DNA from: an uncultured Candidatus Woesearchaeota archaeon
GTDB taxonomy: Archaea; Nanobdellota; Nanobdellia; Woesearchaeales; DSVV01
Assembly (NCBI GenBank): GCA_963717515.1
Contig: OY970338.1
Span: forward strand, 1,236,861 to 1,300,860
Direction of reading: 5' to 3'
Length of the DNA: 64,000 nt
The position numbers and the translations under genes are program-made. This document shows, in pieces, positions 1 to 9,362 of the stretch (the first letter of the stretch is position 1; each line of letters begins with the position of its first letter). A model generated the notes under the pieces. That model was not told the origin of the DNA and made no database searches. It saw only the letters and a program-made list of their open reading frames with translations.

Positions 1-394
1 TTCCTTTGGACTGGCCTATCATCAAGAGCTCGGTCTCGCAGTTCGGAAGGAGTATGTCAACTATCTCCTGTTCCATTATCTGCATGCCTTTATCAAGGAT
101 CCGGTCGATGTCTGTAATCTCACCACTCTTGACCTTCCTGCCTGTCTCGGTCTTCGGCTCCCAGCCGCTCGAGTCGAAGCCTGAATCTTTTTTCTCCTTG
201 ACTATCTCTTCTTCCTCCTTTATCTCGTCCCTCTTTACGACCTCGACCTCTTCAGTGTCGCTAATCTCGACGATCTTAGGGGCTTTCTCGATGAATTCTG
301 AGTCTGCTGACTCATCCCCCTCAACAGGCTTGCCTTCTTCTTCCTCAACAGGCTCTTCCAGGCTCTTCTTGTCCTTCAATTTATCATCTGTCAT
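1..394 (-). CDS. rps5: 30S ribosomal protein S5 (uS5), 5' part only; gene runs off the left edge
   Basis: My translation of the minus strand from the ATG at 394-392 gives [10 protein letters not shown]...(acidic stretch)...[41 protein letters not shown], which resembles the uS5 N-domain. It follows L18 as in archaeal operons, with an ATGA start/stop overlap with L18. It is absent from the ORF track because it has no stop inside the window. Confidence 0.7.
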   Translation of the reverse strand, partial: MTDDKLKDKKSLEEPVEEEEGKPVEGDESADSEFIEKAPKIVEISDTEEVEVVKRDEIKEEEEIVKEKKDSGFDSSGWEPKTETGRKVKSGEITDIDRILDKGMQIMEQEIVDILLPNCETELLMIGQSKG

Positions 395-966
395 TTTTTA
401 TCGATGCTCTCCTTAACTTTTTCAATATCAGCCGCCATCTCAGAAGCGTCGCTCTTGTTTTTGATATACGCTGAAAACTGCAATGCGCCCTCCTGGCTCT
501 CTTTTGTGATGCTTTGATAATAATTACTGATATGGTTGCCCTTTATGAACTCATCTCCCGGGATCACTTTGTCGTCATGCGGCACTTTCACTCCGGCATC
601 CAGCACACCTTTTAGCACTGCATATATCCTCCTGCTGCCTGCCTGCAGGCCTATGTCGAGGATGGTCTCTTCGATCTTCTTGGCAAGCATCTTCTTGCCT
701 GCAAGATAACCTATCAGGTATGCTGCAGGGATGTTTCCGCTGCCGAATCTCCAGCCGAACTTCTTGAGCTCATTCGTATGCGCGCCAACAATCACAATAT
801 CGCCGCTGGTCTTGTAGGAGACAAGCTGGATCTGCATGTGCTTCAGTGATTTTCTGACTATCAGCCTGGGCATGGATGACATAAGGAGCCTGAGCCTCAT
901 CTTGTAGTCTGTCCTGCCTTCACGCTTTCTCCTGAAATAGACCGTCTTCTTGTTTTTCCTTGTCAT
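391..966 (-). CDS. rpl18: 50S ribosomal protein L18 (uL18)
   Basis: 191-aa ORF with [17 protein letters not shown]...[15 protein letters not shown], typical of the uL18/L5e family. Operon position is between L19e and S5. Confidence 0.85.
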   Translation of the reverse strand: MTRKNKKTVYFRRKREGRTDYKMRLRLLMSSMPRLIVRKSLKHMQIQLVSYKTSGDIVIVGAHTNELKKFGWRFGSGNIPAAYLIGYLAGKKMLAKKIEETILDIGLQAGSRRIYAVLKGVLDAGVKVPHDDKVIPGDEFIKGNHISNYYQSITKESQEGALQFSAYIKNKSDASEMAADIEKVKESIDKK

Positions 967-975
967 TTTGCTAAC

Positions 976-1431
976 CTATTGCTTTTTCTGGATAAGTGAA
1001 TTCTCATTTATATATATCTTGATATGGCGTTTGCTCCTGAAAAATCCGCCTTTTGATTTCAGGTACAGCATCCTGTGGCTCTTTGGGCTTATCAGGCTGC
1101 TGTCCTTAAGCTCTTTCAAAAAGTCCCTCTGGGAACGGATGCTGTTCATCCATCTCTCTTTTTTCGGGGTCCTTGCAGTGGACTTGCCTTTCCTCTTGCC
1201 ATGACCGCTTCTCTGACCCCTTGATTTTTTCTGTCTCCTGATATTTGCCCTTGCCCGGGACACTCCTTTTTTCTTGACAGAGGAGATTATCCCGTCCTTT
1301 ATGAGTCCCCTCAAGTCGTCCTTTGTGATGGCTTCTTTTATCTCTTCCATCTCAGCAGGGTCAAGCCTGACTCTCTTCGGCGAGCATTTCATCAGCCTTG
1401 CTGCAATCCTTTTCCTTGTCTTGTATATCAT
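976..1431 (-). CDS. rpl19e: 50S ribosomal protein L19e
   Basis: 151-aa basic ORF with RIAARLMKCSPKRVRLDP...KKKGVSRARA, the L19e signature region. Canonical position between L32e and L18. Confidence 0.85.
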   Translation of the reverse strand: MIYKTRKRIAARLMKCSPKRVRLDPAEMEEIKEAITKDDLRGLIKDGIISSVKKKGVSRARANIRRQKKSRGQRSGHGKRKGKSTARTPKKERWMNSIRSQRDFLKELKDSSLISPKSHRMLYLKSKGGFFRSKRHIKIYINENSLIQKKQ

Positions 1432-1441
1432 TTTTTACCGG

Positions 1442-2068
1442 TCACTGGCTTTTCTGGGTCAAAATCCTGTCTTTCTCTTTCTTCTCGATGTCTTTGGCCT
1501 CCTCAGCCAGCTCTTCAATCGATTTTTCCCCTTCCTTGTCTTTTTTCTTCTTCTCTTCCTCTTCTTTCTTCTTTGCCTGCTCTTTTTTCTGCTTCTCTTT
1601 CTTTTCCTTCTCTTTCTTGTCTTTTTCCTTCTTCTCTTTCTTCTGCTTGATGGCCTCTTCAAATTCTTTTATATATGCTGCTGCATCTTTTATGTTGAAT
1701 ATGTTAATGCTCCTGCTCAGGGCAAGCCTTGCAATCTCAACCCTCTTCTTCTCCCCTACAGAACTGGAGATGATTATGCCCTGCACTGCTGGATCCAATC
1801 CTTCAAGCTTCGCGATATTGTCCACTCTGACGACCTCAAGCCCGCTCCTGTCAAGACCCCTGACCTTAGTTGGCGATCTCCAGCCAATGGTTACATTTCT
1901 CCTGTAACCCCTCAGGTTCAGCCTCATCTTGTTGTCGATGCCTTTTGGCTTTCTCCATTTACTTCCGAGCCTGACCTTCTTGTGGCCGTCCTGCCTCAGG
2001 AAAGTCGGTTTCTTTCTCTTAAGCTGCCTTCTTATAGCCAGCAGCGTCTCATTTGATTTCTTTTCCAT
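1442..2068 (-). CDS. rpl32e: 50S ribosomal protein L32e with about 70-aa K/E-rich C-terminal tail
   Basis: N-terminal 130 aa are L32e-like (RKKPTFLRQDGHKKVRLGSKWRKPKGIDNKMR). The C-terminus is KQKKEKKEKDKKEKEKKEKQKKEQAKKKEEEEKKKK... Operon position is between L6 and L19e. Confidence 0.8.
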   Translation of the reverse strand: MEKKSNETLLAIRRQLKRKKPTFLRQDGHKKVRLGSKWRKPKGIDNKMRLNLRGYRRNVTIGWRSPTKVRGLDRSGLEVVRVDNIAKLEGLDPAVQGIIISSSVGEKKRVEIARLALSRSINIFNIKDAAAYIKEFEEAIKQKKEKKEKDKKEKEKKEKQKKEQAKKKEEEEKKKKDKEGEKSIEELAEEAKDIEKKEKDRILTQKSQ

Positions 2069-2606
2069 CTTTATTCACGATATATATGCCGTCCTGGAAT
2101 ATCCTCTTGTCAAACCCGGACCTTTTTGTCAGCTGTTCTACAGATGCTGCTGCCTGCGAGACCTTCTGCTTGTCTATCCCGCTTATGACTATCAGGTCGC
2201 CTTCAATCTTCAGCCCGACATCACTCCCAATATCTACAATCCTCGGGACCTTCTCACCGAGATAATTCTTTACCTGGAGCCTGTTGTTGCCAAATGTCAC
2301 ATTCATCGGGAAATGCCCTGAGCAGATCTTCAGCCTGTATTCATGCGACCTGGTGACTCCTTCTATCATGTTGTTTATGAGGCTTATGAAAGTGCCCCGC
2401 ATTGTCTTTTCCCTCTTAGTGAATTTCTTCACTTTAAGCACGACAGCGTTGCCTTCCATGCTTATTGCTATTTTCGGGTTTGTGAAATCCCTCTGGAGCT
2501 CTCCATTAGGCCCATTGACAGTGAGCCTGCCGCCTTCCAGTGAGCCTGCCACCCCTTGAGGGAACTCCACCTTTATCATGACATCTTTCTCATTCATTTT
2601 CATCAA
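2049..2606 (-). CDS. rpl6: 50S ribosomal protein L6 (uL6)
   Basis: 185-aa ORF with two-domain L6-like sequence (LTVNGPNGELQRDF...LKICSGHFPMNV...GIDKQKVSQAAASVEQ). Operon position follows S8. Confidence 0.85.
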   Translation of the reverse strand: MMKMNEKDVMIKVEFPQGVAGSLEGGRLTVNGPNGELQRDFTNPKIAISMEGNAVVLKVKKFTKREKTMRGTFISLINNMIEGVTRSHEYRLKICSGHFPMNVTFGNNRLQVKNYLGEKVPRIVDIGSDVGLKIEGDLIVISGIDKQKVSQAAASVEQLTKRSGFDKRIFQDGIYIVNKDGKEIK

Positions 2607-2995
2607 TAGCAGTATGCGATGAGCTTTCCGCCCAGGTTCTTCTTCTTTGCTTCATCATGGGACATCACTCCCTGGTTCGTCGATACCATGAGCACGCCGA
2701 AGCCCTTTGCAGGCAGGTATCTTTTCTCATACCTTTCGAACTGTCCGCTCTTGATTGCAAACCTCGGCTTAATCACTCCTGCCTTGTTTATCTTCCCAAG
2801 CAGCTGGAGCTCGATTATCTTGCCCTTTCCATCGTCAATCTCCTTGTATTCGCCGATGTAGCCGATACCTTTCATTATATCAAGGACAGTCTTGAGCAGC
2901 CTTGAAGAGGGTTTGAGGTGCGCGATGCCCTTTGCCCTCTGTTCGCTGTTCAGGATGTGTGACAATGCATTTGCCAATGGATCATTCAGACTCAT
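2603..2995 (-). CDS. rps8: 30S ribosomal protein S8 (uS8)
   Basis: The track ORF 2603..3118 overlaps S14. The internal start MSLNDPLANALSHILNSEQRAKG (ATG at 2995-2993, checked in the sequence) gives a 130-aa canonical S8. The C-terminus GGKLIAYCY is typical. Confidence 0.85.
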   Translation of the reverse strand: MSLNDPLANALSHILNSEQRAKGIAHLKPSSRLLKTVLDIMKGIGYIGEYKEIDDGKGKIIELQLLGKINKAGVIKPRFAIKSGQFERYEKRYLPAKGFGVLMVSTNQGVMSHDEAKKKNLGGKLIAYCY

Positions 2996-3006
2996 TCTTT
3001 TGCCTC

Positions 3007-3243
3007 CTAGTAAAACTTGTTGAAACCTATCTTTGTAGCTATCTCCCTGAAGCATTGCCTGCAGTAGTGCAGGCCGTATTTGCTGATATGGCCGCGGATC
3101 CTTCCGCATCTCCTGCATCTCTTCAGCGATGTGCCCGTAGTCCTCTTCTTTGGGGCATTGAATCTCTTGTATTTCTCGAGCTTTGCAGGCTTAGCCTTGA
3201 GCTGTACGAACGCTTTTTTATAGTTGCTGTATGTCATCTTCAA
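3007..3243 (-). CDS. rps14: 30S ribosomal protein S14 (uS14, zinc-binding type)
   Basis: The C-terminal [25 protein letters not shown] carries the CxxC...CxxC zinc-ribbon motif of S14/S29e. Position is between L5 and S8. Confidence 0.8.
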   Translation of the reverse strand: MKMTYSNYKKAFVQLKAKPAKLEKYKRFNAPKKRTTGTSLKRCRRCGRIRGHISKYGLHYCRQCFREIATKIGFNKFY

Positions 3244-3758
3244 TCACCAACAGTTATATTGAATTCTTTCTGCATATATCCTATTGCCTCGTCCCTGCTT
3301 ATCCTGTGCCTCATCGGAATCCTGGCTTTCTTGAGCTTTCTGGTCTTCACCCTGAATCCGGGCCTTTCAAGCGTTATGCAGAGCTCAAAGCCCAGTATGC
3401 CTATCTTCGGCTCGTATTCGATATCCGGGATGTCTATGTACTCATGGATGCCGATTGCGACACTGCCGTTGTTGTCGAACTGCTTTTTAGAGAGCACGTT
3501 CTTCTTGACCATCAGAATCCTCCTGATAAGGTCCTTGACATTGCTGTCCCTTATCGTGATCTTGCATCCGACAGGAAGCCCTGGACGAAGACCCCAGCCG
3601 GGGATCCTCTTGTTTGTAGTCGTCTTTACAGGAGTCTTTCCGGTGACGTGCTTAATGAGGAGCATGCCTTTCTCAAGTTTTCCCTGGTCGACGCCGCTTC
3701 CGAAGTTGAACGTGACCTTGCCTATGTCTATCTTCTGCATGATATTTTCGCCGCTCAT
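3240..3758 (-). CDS. rpl5: 50S ribosomal protein L5 (uL5)
   Basis: 172-aa ORF with [18 protein letters not shown]...[17 protein letters not shown]...[14 protein letters not shown], which is L5-like. Operon position fits. Confidence 0.85.
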   Translation of the reverse strand: MSGENIMQKIDIGKVTFNFGSGVDQGKLEKGMLLIKHVTGKTPVKTTTNKRIPGWGLRPGLPVGCKITIRDSNVKDLIRRILMVKKNVLSKKQFDNNGSVAIGIHEYIDIPDIEYEPKIGILGFELCITLERPGFRVKTRKLKKARIPMRHRISRDEAIGYMQKEFNITVGD

Positions 3759-4453
3759 TTTTCCTTGGCCAGTGTTATCAGCGGCTTGTCTTTGCCGATG
3801 ACCATGGCATAATCCCTCAATGTCTGGACTGAATCTCCTGAGTCAGTCTTGATTATGATGTCGTCACCCATGACATTCTCTATCTTGCCTGAATGGCCTA
3901 CATATTTTCCGCCTGTAAGAAAGACTGTCGCTCCCTTGTCGAAGGCAATCTGCTCGATTATCTTCTTTTTGGCGAAGTCGTATATGACTGCGTCGCCTGT
4001 GCTGAAACTGCCCTTATCCACAAGCATGTTGCTGCCATCTGTGAAATTGAGCTGGATCTTGCCCTTCTTCACGACTGTCTTGCCTGCAATCTTGTAGACC
4101 TTGATGCCTGATTCAGCGTCAGGAATCTCTACACATACGATGCTGCCCTTTTTGTTGAGGAGTATCCTGAATCTCGTCTTGAGTTCGGGAATATCGACGA
4201 CATCCATGAGGCAGACCGGGAGCTTGGGCTCCCTCCTTCTCCTGCTGTTGACCAGGACTTCCTTGTTGTTGAGTATATACCTCACTTCCTTTGCAGTCTT
4301 TGCGAACTTGAGAACATCCCTGAGCAGTATCTGGAGAGGGATAGAATGCTCCAGCTTGCCGCTGCCCGGATGGGGCCTTATTATGAATTTAGTGGTCTTT
4401 CTCTTTATGTCCCATGTATTTGGCATTGCCAGCCTTTTCAGATGCGATTTCAT
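3755..4453 (-). CDS. rps4e: 30S ribosomal protein S4e
   Basis: 232-aa ORF starting MKSHLKRLAMPNTWDIKRKTTKFIIRPHPGSGKLEHSIPL, the canonical S4e N-terminus. The protein is archaea/eukaryote specific. Confidence 0.85.
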   Translation of the reverse strand: MKSHLKRLAMPNTWDIKRKTTKFIIRPHPGSGKLEHSIPLQILLRDVLKFAKTAKEVRYILNNKEVLVNSRRRREPKLPVCLMDVVDIPELKTRFRILLNKKGSIVCVEIPDAESGIKVYKIAGKTVVKKGKIQLNFTDGSNMLVDKGSFSTGDAVIYDFAKKKIIEQIAFDKGATVFLTGGKYVGHSGKIENVMGDDIIIKTDSGDSVQTLRDYAMVIGKDKPLITLAKEK

Positions 4454-4851
4454 TTGGTGTCACCAGCCGTCTTTTCCTTGTTCTGCCGCTTGAGCCTTTT
4501 CTTGTCGTCGACATACAGCTCTGTTATCATGATATTCGATGGGTCGATAGGATAGAATGCCTTTGAGCCGTCTTTCTTGTATATCTCTGCCTTGTCGACG
4601 ATGATTTTCCTGTCCTTTACAATCACCCTGTCAACCTTGCCTTCCTTGCCCTTGAACATCCCTCTCAATATCTTGACCTTGTCTTCTTTCCTTACGCGGA
4701 GCGACCGTTTGCCAAGCCTTTTTCTGAGAGTCTTTGACAGGGTCGATTTCATGGATTTTCCCTGTATGTGCTCAGGGGCGTTGTATAGGTAAAGCCTCTG
4801 CTTTCTCGGCTGCCTGCTTGCTTTCCATGATTTTGAATATGACTTTTTCAT
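4450..4851 (-). CDS. rpl24: 50S ribosomal protein L24 (uL24)
   Basis: A KOW-type motif, LRVRKEDKVKILRGMFKGKEGKVDRV. Position is between L14 and S4e. Confidence 0.8.
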   Translation of the reverse strand: MKKSYSKSWKASRQPRKQRLYLYNAPEHIQGKSMKSTLSKTLRKRLGKRSLRVRKEDKVKILRGMFKGKEGKVDRVIVKDRKIIVDKAEIYKKDGSKAFYPIDPSNIMITELYVDDKKRLKRQNKEKTAGDTK

Positions 4852-4863
4852 CTTGCTTTCTCC

Positions 4864-5292
4864 TTATGCCACAATCTTTGCGAGCTTTGCCACAAGAGGC
4901 CATCTGTCGCAGACTTCCTTTGCAACTGCGCCCTTGATAAGCGAACCCTGCGGATTGCCCTTGTTGTCCTTGACGACTATCGCTGAATTGTCCTCGAACT
5001 TGATCCTTGTGCCGTCAAATCTCCTATATTCTTTTCTCTGCCTTACAATTATTGCAAGCACTGTCTTCTTACGCATGTCCGGCCTTCCTTTCTGGACGCT
5101 CGCCATCACAAGGTCTGCAACTCCGGCAGCCGGCATCCTGCCTTTCCTGCTCTTGTATTTCATAACTGAAAATATCCTGAGCCTCTTTGCGCCGCTATTG
5201 TCGCATGCATCTACGACAGAACCGACGGGCAATGCCCTTGTGATTTTTGCGTTTACAGCCTGCATCTTAATTTTCCCTGCTGACAATGACAA
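4864..5292 (-). CDS. rpl14: 50S ribosomal protein L14 (uL14)
   Basis: 142-aa ORF with ACDNSGAKRLRIFSV...FEDNSAIVVKDNKGNPQGS, which is L14-like. Confidence 0.85.
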   Translation of the reverse strand: MSLSAGKIKMQAVNAKITRALPVGSVVDACDNSGAKRLRIFSVMKYKSRKGRMPAAGVADLVMASVQKGRPDMRKKTVLAIIVRQRKEYRRFDGTRIKFEDNSAIVVKDNKGNPQGSLIKGAVAKEVCDRWPLVAKLAKIVA

Positions 5293-5656
5293 AATTTTTT
5301 GTCTTGCTTATCTTCCTTGTCTCCATAATCTTCACGACATCGCCTTCCTGCGCACCGATGCACGAAGGGTTATGGGCTATGACCTTTGTCCTTCTCTTCT
5401 CGTATCTCTCGTATTTAGGGATCTTTCTCTTCCAGCTCCATTCCACAACTGCGCTTTTCGGGACCTTGGACCTTATGACCTTGCCCTGGAACATCCTGCC
5501 GCGAAGGCTCTGCGAGCCATGGAACGGGCAGTGCTTATCGTTCTCGCACGTGTCTTTAGGAGGGCTTACACCTATCCCTTTATCTCTTGAACTTGTCTGC
5601 GGACCGGCCTTTTCAGGCTCTTTTTTCCGGCTTCTTGATGATTTTTTTTCCGTCAA
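5267..5656 (-). CDS. rps17: 30S ribosomal protein S17 (uS17) with basic N-terminal extension
   Basis: The core CPFHGSQSLRGRMFQGKVIRSKVPKSAVVEW...KVIAHNPSCIGAQEGDVVKIMETRKISKTKNFVIV matches archaeal S17. The first 40 aa or so are low complexity. Confidence 0.8.
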   Translation of the reverse strand: MTEKKSSRSRKKEPEKAGPQTSSRDKGIGVSPPKDTCENDKHCPFHGSQSLRGRMFQGKVIRSKVPKSAVVEWSWKRKIPKYERYEKRRTKVIAHNPSCIGAQEGDVVKIMETRKISKTKNFVIVSREN

Positions 5657-5861
5657 TTTCTATCCTCTTGTTATTGATTTCTGCGATGAATGTGACCTGC
5701 TCCTTGAGCACTCTCTTCCTTTTGCCTTTTTCTTCAAACAGCAATGTGTTCTTTGTCTCGTCAATGACCTTTCCCTTCAGTCCGACAAGGCTCTTGTTTT
5801 CGGCCTGCGTCACTTCTATGGCGCAGCCTATAAGTTCCTTATCGAACTTGTGTTTTGCCAT
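5613..5861 (-). CDS. rnp1: RNase P protein component 1 (Rpp29/Pop4 homolog)
   Basis: 82-aa ORF with LIGCAIEVTQAENKSLVGLKGKVIDETKNTLLFE, a pattern typical of archaeal Rpp29. It sits in the conserved slot between SUI1/L29 and S17. Confidence 0.7.
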   Translation of the reverse strand: MAKHKFDKELIGCAIEVTQAENKSLVGLKGKVIDETKNTLLFEEKGKRKRVLKEQVTFIAEINNKRIEIDGKKIIKKPEKRA

Positions 5862-6172
5862 TATTTTTTTATCTCTATTGTCTCAGGCGCAAATCCCAAT
5901 TTCACCAATGCGTCGCGCATGTTGCCTGTATGGTTTCCCTGAAGCTCAATCTTTCCTTCCTTATAAGTGCCACCGCAAGCAAGCCTGCTCTTGAGCTGCT
6001 TCGTTATGTCCCTGAGATCGATGTCCTTAGTGTCGATCCCTTCGACGACCGTGTACAGCTTGCCGAACTTGCGCTTGATTGTGTGCACTGATATCTTCAG
6101 GCTCTCCTTGGCTATAGTCTCGCAGACGCATAGCTCCTTCGGGAGTCCGCACGTCGAGCAAATTTCACTCAT
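5861..6172 (-). CDS. Translation initiation factor aSUI1 (aIF1)
   Basis: 103-aa ORF with CSTCGLPKELCVCE...IKRKFGKLYTVVEGID...LKSRLACGGTYKEGKIELQGNH. This shows the SUI1 fold signature with an N-terminal zinc knuckle. Confidence 0.8.
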   Translation of the reverse strand: MSEICSTCGLPKELCVCETIAKESLKISVHTIKRKFGKLYTVVEGIDTKDIDLRDITKQLKSRLACGGTYKEGKIELQGNHTGNMRDALVKLGFAPETIEIKK

Positions 6173-6372
6173 ACTTGTGCATCCTCTCCTTTGTTTTTAA
6201 TCTCTGTCATTATCCTTGCGATGTTTCTTCTTATCTGCTTTATCTGGCCGGGACTCTTTAGCTGTGTTCCCATGGCTGACTGGGCATTGAGCTTGATGAG
6301 CTCTTTTCTCAGCTCGACAATCCTCTTTCTCAGGTCGCCTGCTGTTGAGCTCCTTATTTCGTCCTTCTTCAT
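6169..6372 (-). CDS. rpl29: 50S ribosomal protein L29 (uL29)
   Basis: 67-aa helical ORF with LRKRIVELRKELIKLNAQSAMG...IKQIRRNIARI. Position follows S3. Confidence 0.75.
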   Translation of the reverse strand: MKKDEIRSSTAGDLRKRIVELRKELIKLNAQSAMGTQLKSPGQIKQIRRNIARIMTEIKNKGEDAQV

Positions 6373-7181
6373 TTTTTGCTGTCTTCCTTGGCCTGCTTTT
6401 TAACTGCCTTCTTCTTGGCTGGCTTCTTTTTCTTTTCTTCTTTCGGGGCCTTTTCCTTTTTCGTATCCTTGCCAGGCTTTTTTGCTGTGCCATTGTCCTG
6501 CGTTGTTTCGTCTTCTTTCACTGTTTCAGGCTCTTTGGCACCATCATCTGTCTTCGCATCCACCACTTCGACTTCTGTCACTATCTCCTTTGCAAGGGTG
6601 ATATTGTCCGGAAGCTGGATATCAGGAGGCATTATCTTCACGGTTATGCCGATGCTTCCTGTCTTTAGCTGGGCAATCTTATAAGCCTTCTTGACACCGT
6701 CAATCGCAACCTGCCCGCATTTTTTCAGGTAGCCCTGGTAAAATCTCCATCTCTTCGCCCGGGAGCTCGGGACCTTGCCTGAGATGATTATCTCAATACC
6801 GAGTGCGCCTGCAGCCATGACATCCGACATGGTCTTGTGACCAACACCCTTGAATCTCGAGAGGCCGAACCGTTCAAGAGAGTTTGCAATCCTCTCTGCA
6901 ACAATTTCCGGGTCAAGGTTGATGTTTGTTATCTCGTTAATCTCTATCTGCGGGTTCTCAAGCCTGAACTTCTTCTTCAGGAGCGATGTAAGATTCTTTA
7001 TGGACTGGCCTTTCCTGCCTACGATTAGGCCCGGCCTTGATGCATCTATTATGATCTTTTCGCCAAGAGGAGTCGGGACAAGCTTTGTCTTCGACAGGCC
7101 CACTCCCTTGAGTGTCGACCCTACAAATTCCTGGATCTCAAACTCCTTAATCTTCTTTGACAGTATCTTTCTTTGGTCCAT
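6369..7181 (-). CDS. rps3: 30S ribosomal protein S3 (uS3) with K-rich C-terminal tail
   Basis: KH-domain sequence (GEKIIIDASRPGLIVGRKGQSIKNL) and the S3 C-domain. The last 60 aa or so are KKPGKDTKKEKAPKEEKKKKPAKKKAVKKQAKEDSKK. Confidence 0.85.
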   Translation of the reverse strand: MDQRKILSKKIKEFEIQEFVGSTLKGVGLSKTKLVPTPLGEKIIIDASRPGLIVGRKGQSIKNLTSLLKKKFRLENPQIEINEITNINLDPEIVAERIANSLERFGLSRFKGVGHKTMSDVMAAGALGIEIIISGKVPSSRAKRWRFYQGYLKKCGQVAIDGVKKAYKIAQLKTGSIGITVKIMPPDIQLPDNITLAKEIVTEVEVVDAKTDDGAKEPETVKEDETTQDNGTAKKPGKDTKKEKAPKEEKKKKPAKKKAVKKQAKEDSKK

Positions 7182-7992
7182 CTTTCATTGCTCCTTTGTC
7201 CTTGGGTTTATCGCCATCTTTAGTGATATCGCTCTTTTTCTCCTGGCTTTTTCCAGGGGATTTATCTTCCTTTTTTATTTGCTTGCTTTCTTTTGGCCTG
7301 GGCTCAACCTGCTTGCCTTTGGTTACTGCCGGCTTTTCCTGGGGTTTTTTTGCAGGCGTCTCTGCCTTTTCTTCCTTCTTTTCGACAGGCTTGATCGTCT
7401 TTGCAGGAGTTTCAGCGGGCTTTTGCTCTGCAGCCTTCCGCTCTTCGGTCTTCTTTTCAGCCTTCATCGGTTTTTCCTTGGTTTCATCGGCTTTCTTATC
7501 TTCTTTATTGATATCAGCATCCTTCCCTTTCTTATTCCTGGATTTTTCATCTGACCCTGATTCCTTAAGCACGATCTCAATATGGGTCCGCTTGGATTTC
7601 CTTCGCCTGGCCCTGCCGTAATGCCATGGCCTTGACGCCATGTTTGAGCAGATATGGGTTATCACAAGGTCTGATGATGAAAATCCCTTTGCCTGGGCAT
7701 TCGCCTCGCAGCTCTCTATTGCCTTGAGTATCTCTGTGCATGCCTTGACAGGGTATCTTCCTGGACCTGTGGCTCTCTTATGCCCCATGTTGTGGTTGAA
7801 TCTCCTGAAAGGTATCGGCTTTTTGAATTCGATAGCCTCAGTGAGTATCTTCTTTGCAGCCTCAGTCTTCCTGCCCCTGATACGGTTGCATATCTCTATG
7901 CAGTGCTTGGTCGAGACACTGGCTGAAAGGATGGCGCACCTGGCCATCTTCTCCATGTCATAATCCTTGAAAGCATACTTATAGCCTGCCAT
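7147..7992 (-). CDS. rpl22: 50S ribosomal protein L22 (uL22) with about 130-aa K/E/P/A-rich C-terminal extension
   Basis: The N-terminal 150 aa or so are L22-like (ARCAILSASVSTKHCIEICNRIRG...GPGRYPVKA...THIEIVLKE). A low-complexity tail follows, KKGKDADINKEDKKADETKEKPMKAEKK... Confidence 0.8.
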   Translation of the reverse strand: MAGYKYAFKDYDMEKMARCAILSASVSTKHCIEICNRIRGRKTEAAKKILTEAIEFKKPIPFRRFNHNMGHKRATGPGRYPVKACTEILKAIESCEANAQAKGFSSSDLVITHICSNMASRPWHYGRARRRKSKRTHIEIVLKESGSDEKSRNKKGKDADINKEDKKADETKEKPMKAEKKTEERKAAEQKPAETPAKTIKPVEKKEEKAETPAKKPQEKPAVTKGKQVEPRPKESKQIKKEDKSPGKSQEKKSDITKDGDKPKDKGAMKDGPKKDTVKED

Positions 7993-7993
7993 T

Positions 7994-8380
7994 TTACCTT
8001 ACTGAGACGCTTGAGCTCGATCTCGTCGCCCCTACTCCTGGTGAGCTGTGTGCTACCCTCTTACGCGTCAGCACAAATTCGCCGAGATAATGCCCTATCA
8101 TCTCCTCTATTATCCTCAGTGACTGGTATTCCTTGCCATTATGGACCCTGAGTGTCTTCCCCACCATGAGTGGAGTCACTATTATGTCCCTGCAGTGGGT
8201 CTTCACATTATCCTTTTTCTCAAGCTTCTTTATGAGAGCCTTGTGCGCATCGGAAAAGCCTTTATCGAGTGTCCTTCTTTGCCTTGACGGGACATGCTCT
8301 GAAAACTCCTTGATGCTCATCTCCTTCAGCTCTGTCAGCTTGAAGCCCCTGTATCTGAACTCATCATCCATTGGATTCAC
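7994..8380 (-). CDS. rps19: 30S ribosomal protein S19 (uS19)
   Basis: 128-aa ORF with TLRVHNGKEYQSLRIIEEMIGHYLGEFVLTRKRVAHSSPGVGATRSS, the canonical S19 C-terminus. Confidence 0.85.
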   Translation of the reverse strand: MNPMDDEFRYRGFKLTELKEMSIKEFSEHVPSRQRRTLDKGFSDAHKALIKKLEKKDNVKTHCRDIIVTPLMVGKTLRVHNGKEYQSLRIIEEMIGHYLGEFVLTRKRVAHSSPGVGATRSSSSVSVR

Positions 8381-8382
8381 CT

Positions 8383-9093
8383 TTACTTGCTCTTGCCTGT
8401 CCTTCTCGGCCTTACCTTTCCGACCTTTGCACCCGGAGGTGCATGTCTTCTTGCGATAGTAGGCCTTCCTTTCTTGCTGGACCTGCTGGTACCATGCGGA
8501 TGGTCGACAGCGTTCATTGCGATTCCGCTTGTCTTCGGATAGAGCCTGTTCCTTGCCTTCATCCTGTAATAATTCCTTCCTGCCTTGTACAACGGCTTCT
8601 CAGTCCTTCCTGAGCCTGCAATGATGCCTATGTTTGCCCGGCACTCCGGGTTGAACTTCTTTTCCTTTTTCGAAGGGAGCATGACAACGACGCTGTTGCC
8701 GGACTTTGCAATGACTCTAGCTGAAAGCCCGGTGCTCCTAACAAATTTTCCGCCGTCTCCAGGCTGATTCTCGATATTGTAAATCAATGTGCCTTCAGGT
8801 ATATGCCGGAGTGCGACGCAGCTGCCTTTTGTTGGCTCGGCTCCGCCTGTACTTATCTCCTGGTCTACGCGCATCCCTTCAGGAGCGATTATGTAACTGG
8901 TCTCACCGTTTCCATACTTTACTTTTGCGAGCGGGCTTGTATGTCCCGGGCAGCTTACGATGTCCACTATCCTGCCTTTGACTGTGTCATGTTTTTTTGC
9001 GAGGTGCCTGACAGCTGTCCTGAACCTGTGGCTGGGGGACTTGTATGTGGGCGAGCCCTTTCCTCTCCTCTGCTGTATTATCCTTTTTCCCAT
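8383..9093 (-). CDS. rpl2: 50S ribosomal protein L2 (uL2)
   Basis: 236-aa ORF with MGKRIIQQRRGKGSPTYKSPSHRF...MNAVDHPHGTSRSSKKGRPT, the L2 signatures. Confidence 0.9.
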   Translation of the reverse strand: MGKRIIQQRRGKGSPTYKSPSHRFRTAVRHLAKKHDTVKGRIVDIVSCPGHTSPLAKVKYGNGETSYIIAPEGMRVDQEISTGGAEPTKGSCVALRHIPEGTLIYNIENQPGDGGKFVRSTGLSARVIAKSGNSVVVMLPSKKEKKFNPECRANIGIIAGSGRTEKPLYKAGRNYYRMKARNRLYPKTSGIAMNAVDHPHGTSRSSKKGRPTIARRHAPPGAKVGKVRPRRTGKSK

Positions 9094-9100
9094 CTGTCCA

Positions 9101-9361
9101 TCACATCATGCCAAGCTTTGTCGCAAGGTCTATTGCGGGATTGTCAGGTGAAAGCTTGACATATGCCTTCTTCTCCCCTGTATTTGTTATCATGGTGTTG
9201 ATCTTGAGTATCTTGACGTCAAATGCTTCCTCTAAGGCCTTCTTAATCTCGTCCTTCCTTGCCTTCCTCTCGACAAAGAACACAAGCTTGTTCTCGCTGT
9301 CCATTATCCTTATCGACTTCTCTGTCCCTGAAGGATATCTTATGATGCTCAGGCTTGCCAT
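9101..9361 (-). CDS. rpl23: 50S ribosomal protein L23 (uL23)
   Basis: The track ORF 9101..9397 overlaps the L4 tail. The internal ATG at 9361-9359 (MASLSIIRYPSGTEKSIR) lies directly after the L4 stop (9363-9365) and gives an 86-aa L23. Confidence 0.75.
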   Translation of the reverse strand: MASLSIIRYPSGTEKSIRIMDSENKLVFFVERKARKDEIKKALEEAFDVKILKINTMITNTGEKKAYVKLSPDNPAIDLATKLGMM

Positions 9362-9362
9362 C

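Noticed and set aside
1524-1650. A roughly 125-nt near-pure polypyrimidine tract on the plus strand, which could form H-DNA or a triplex.
   Set aside because: It is fully explained as the complement of the Lys/Glu codon run in the L32e tail. There is no independent evidence of a structural or regulatory role.
1459-1662. A 67-aa R/K-only minus-strand ORF. A similar one lies at 6197..6493.
   Set aside because: These are alternative frames of the K/E-rich tails of L32e and of the S3/L29 region. They are frame artefacts of purine-rich repeats.
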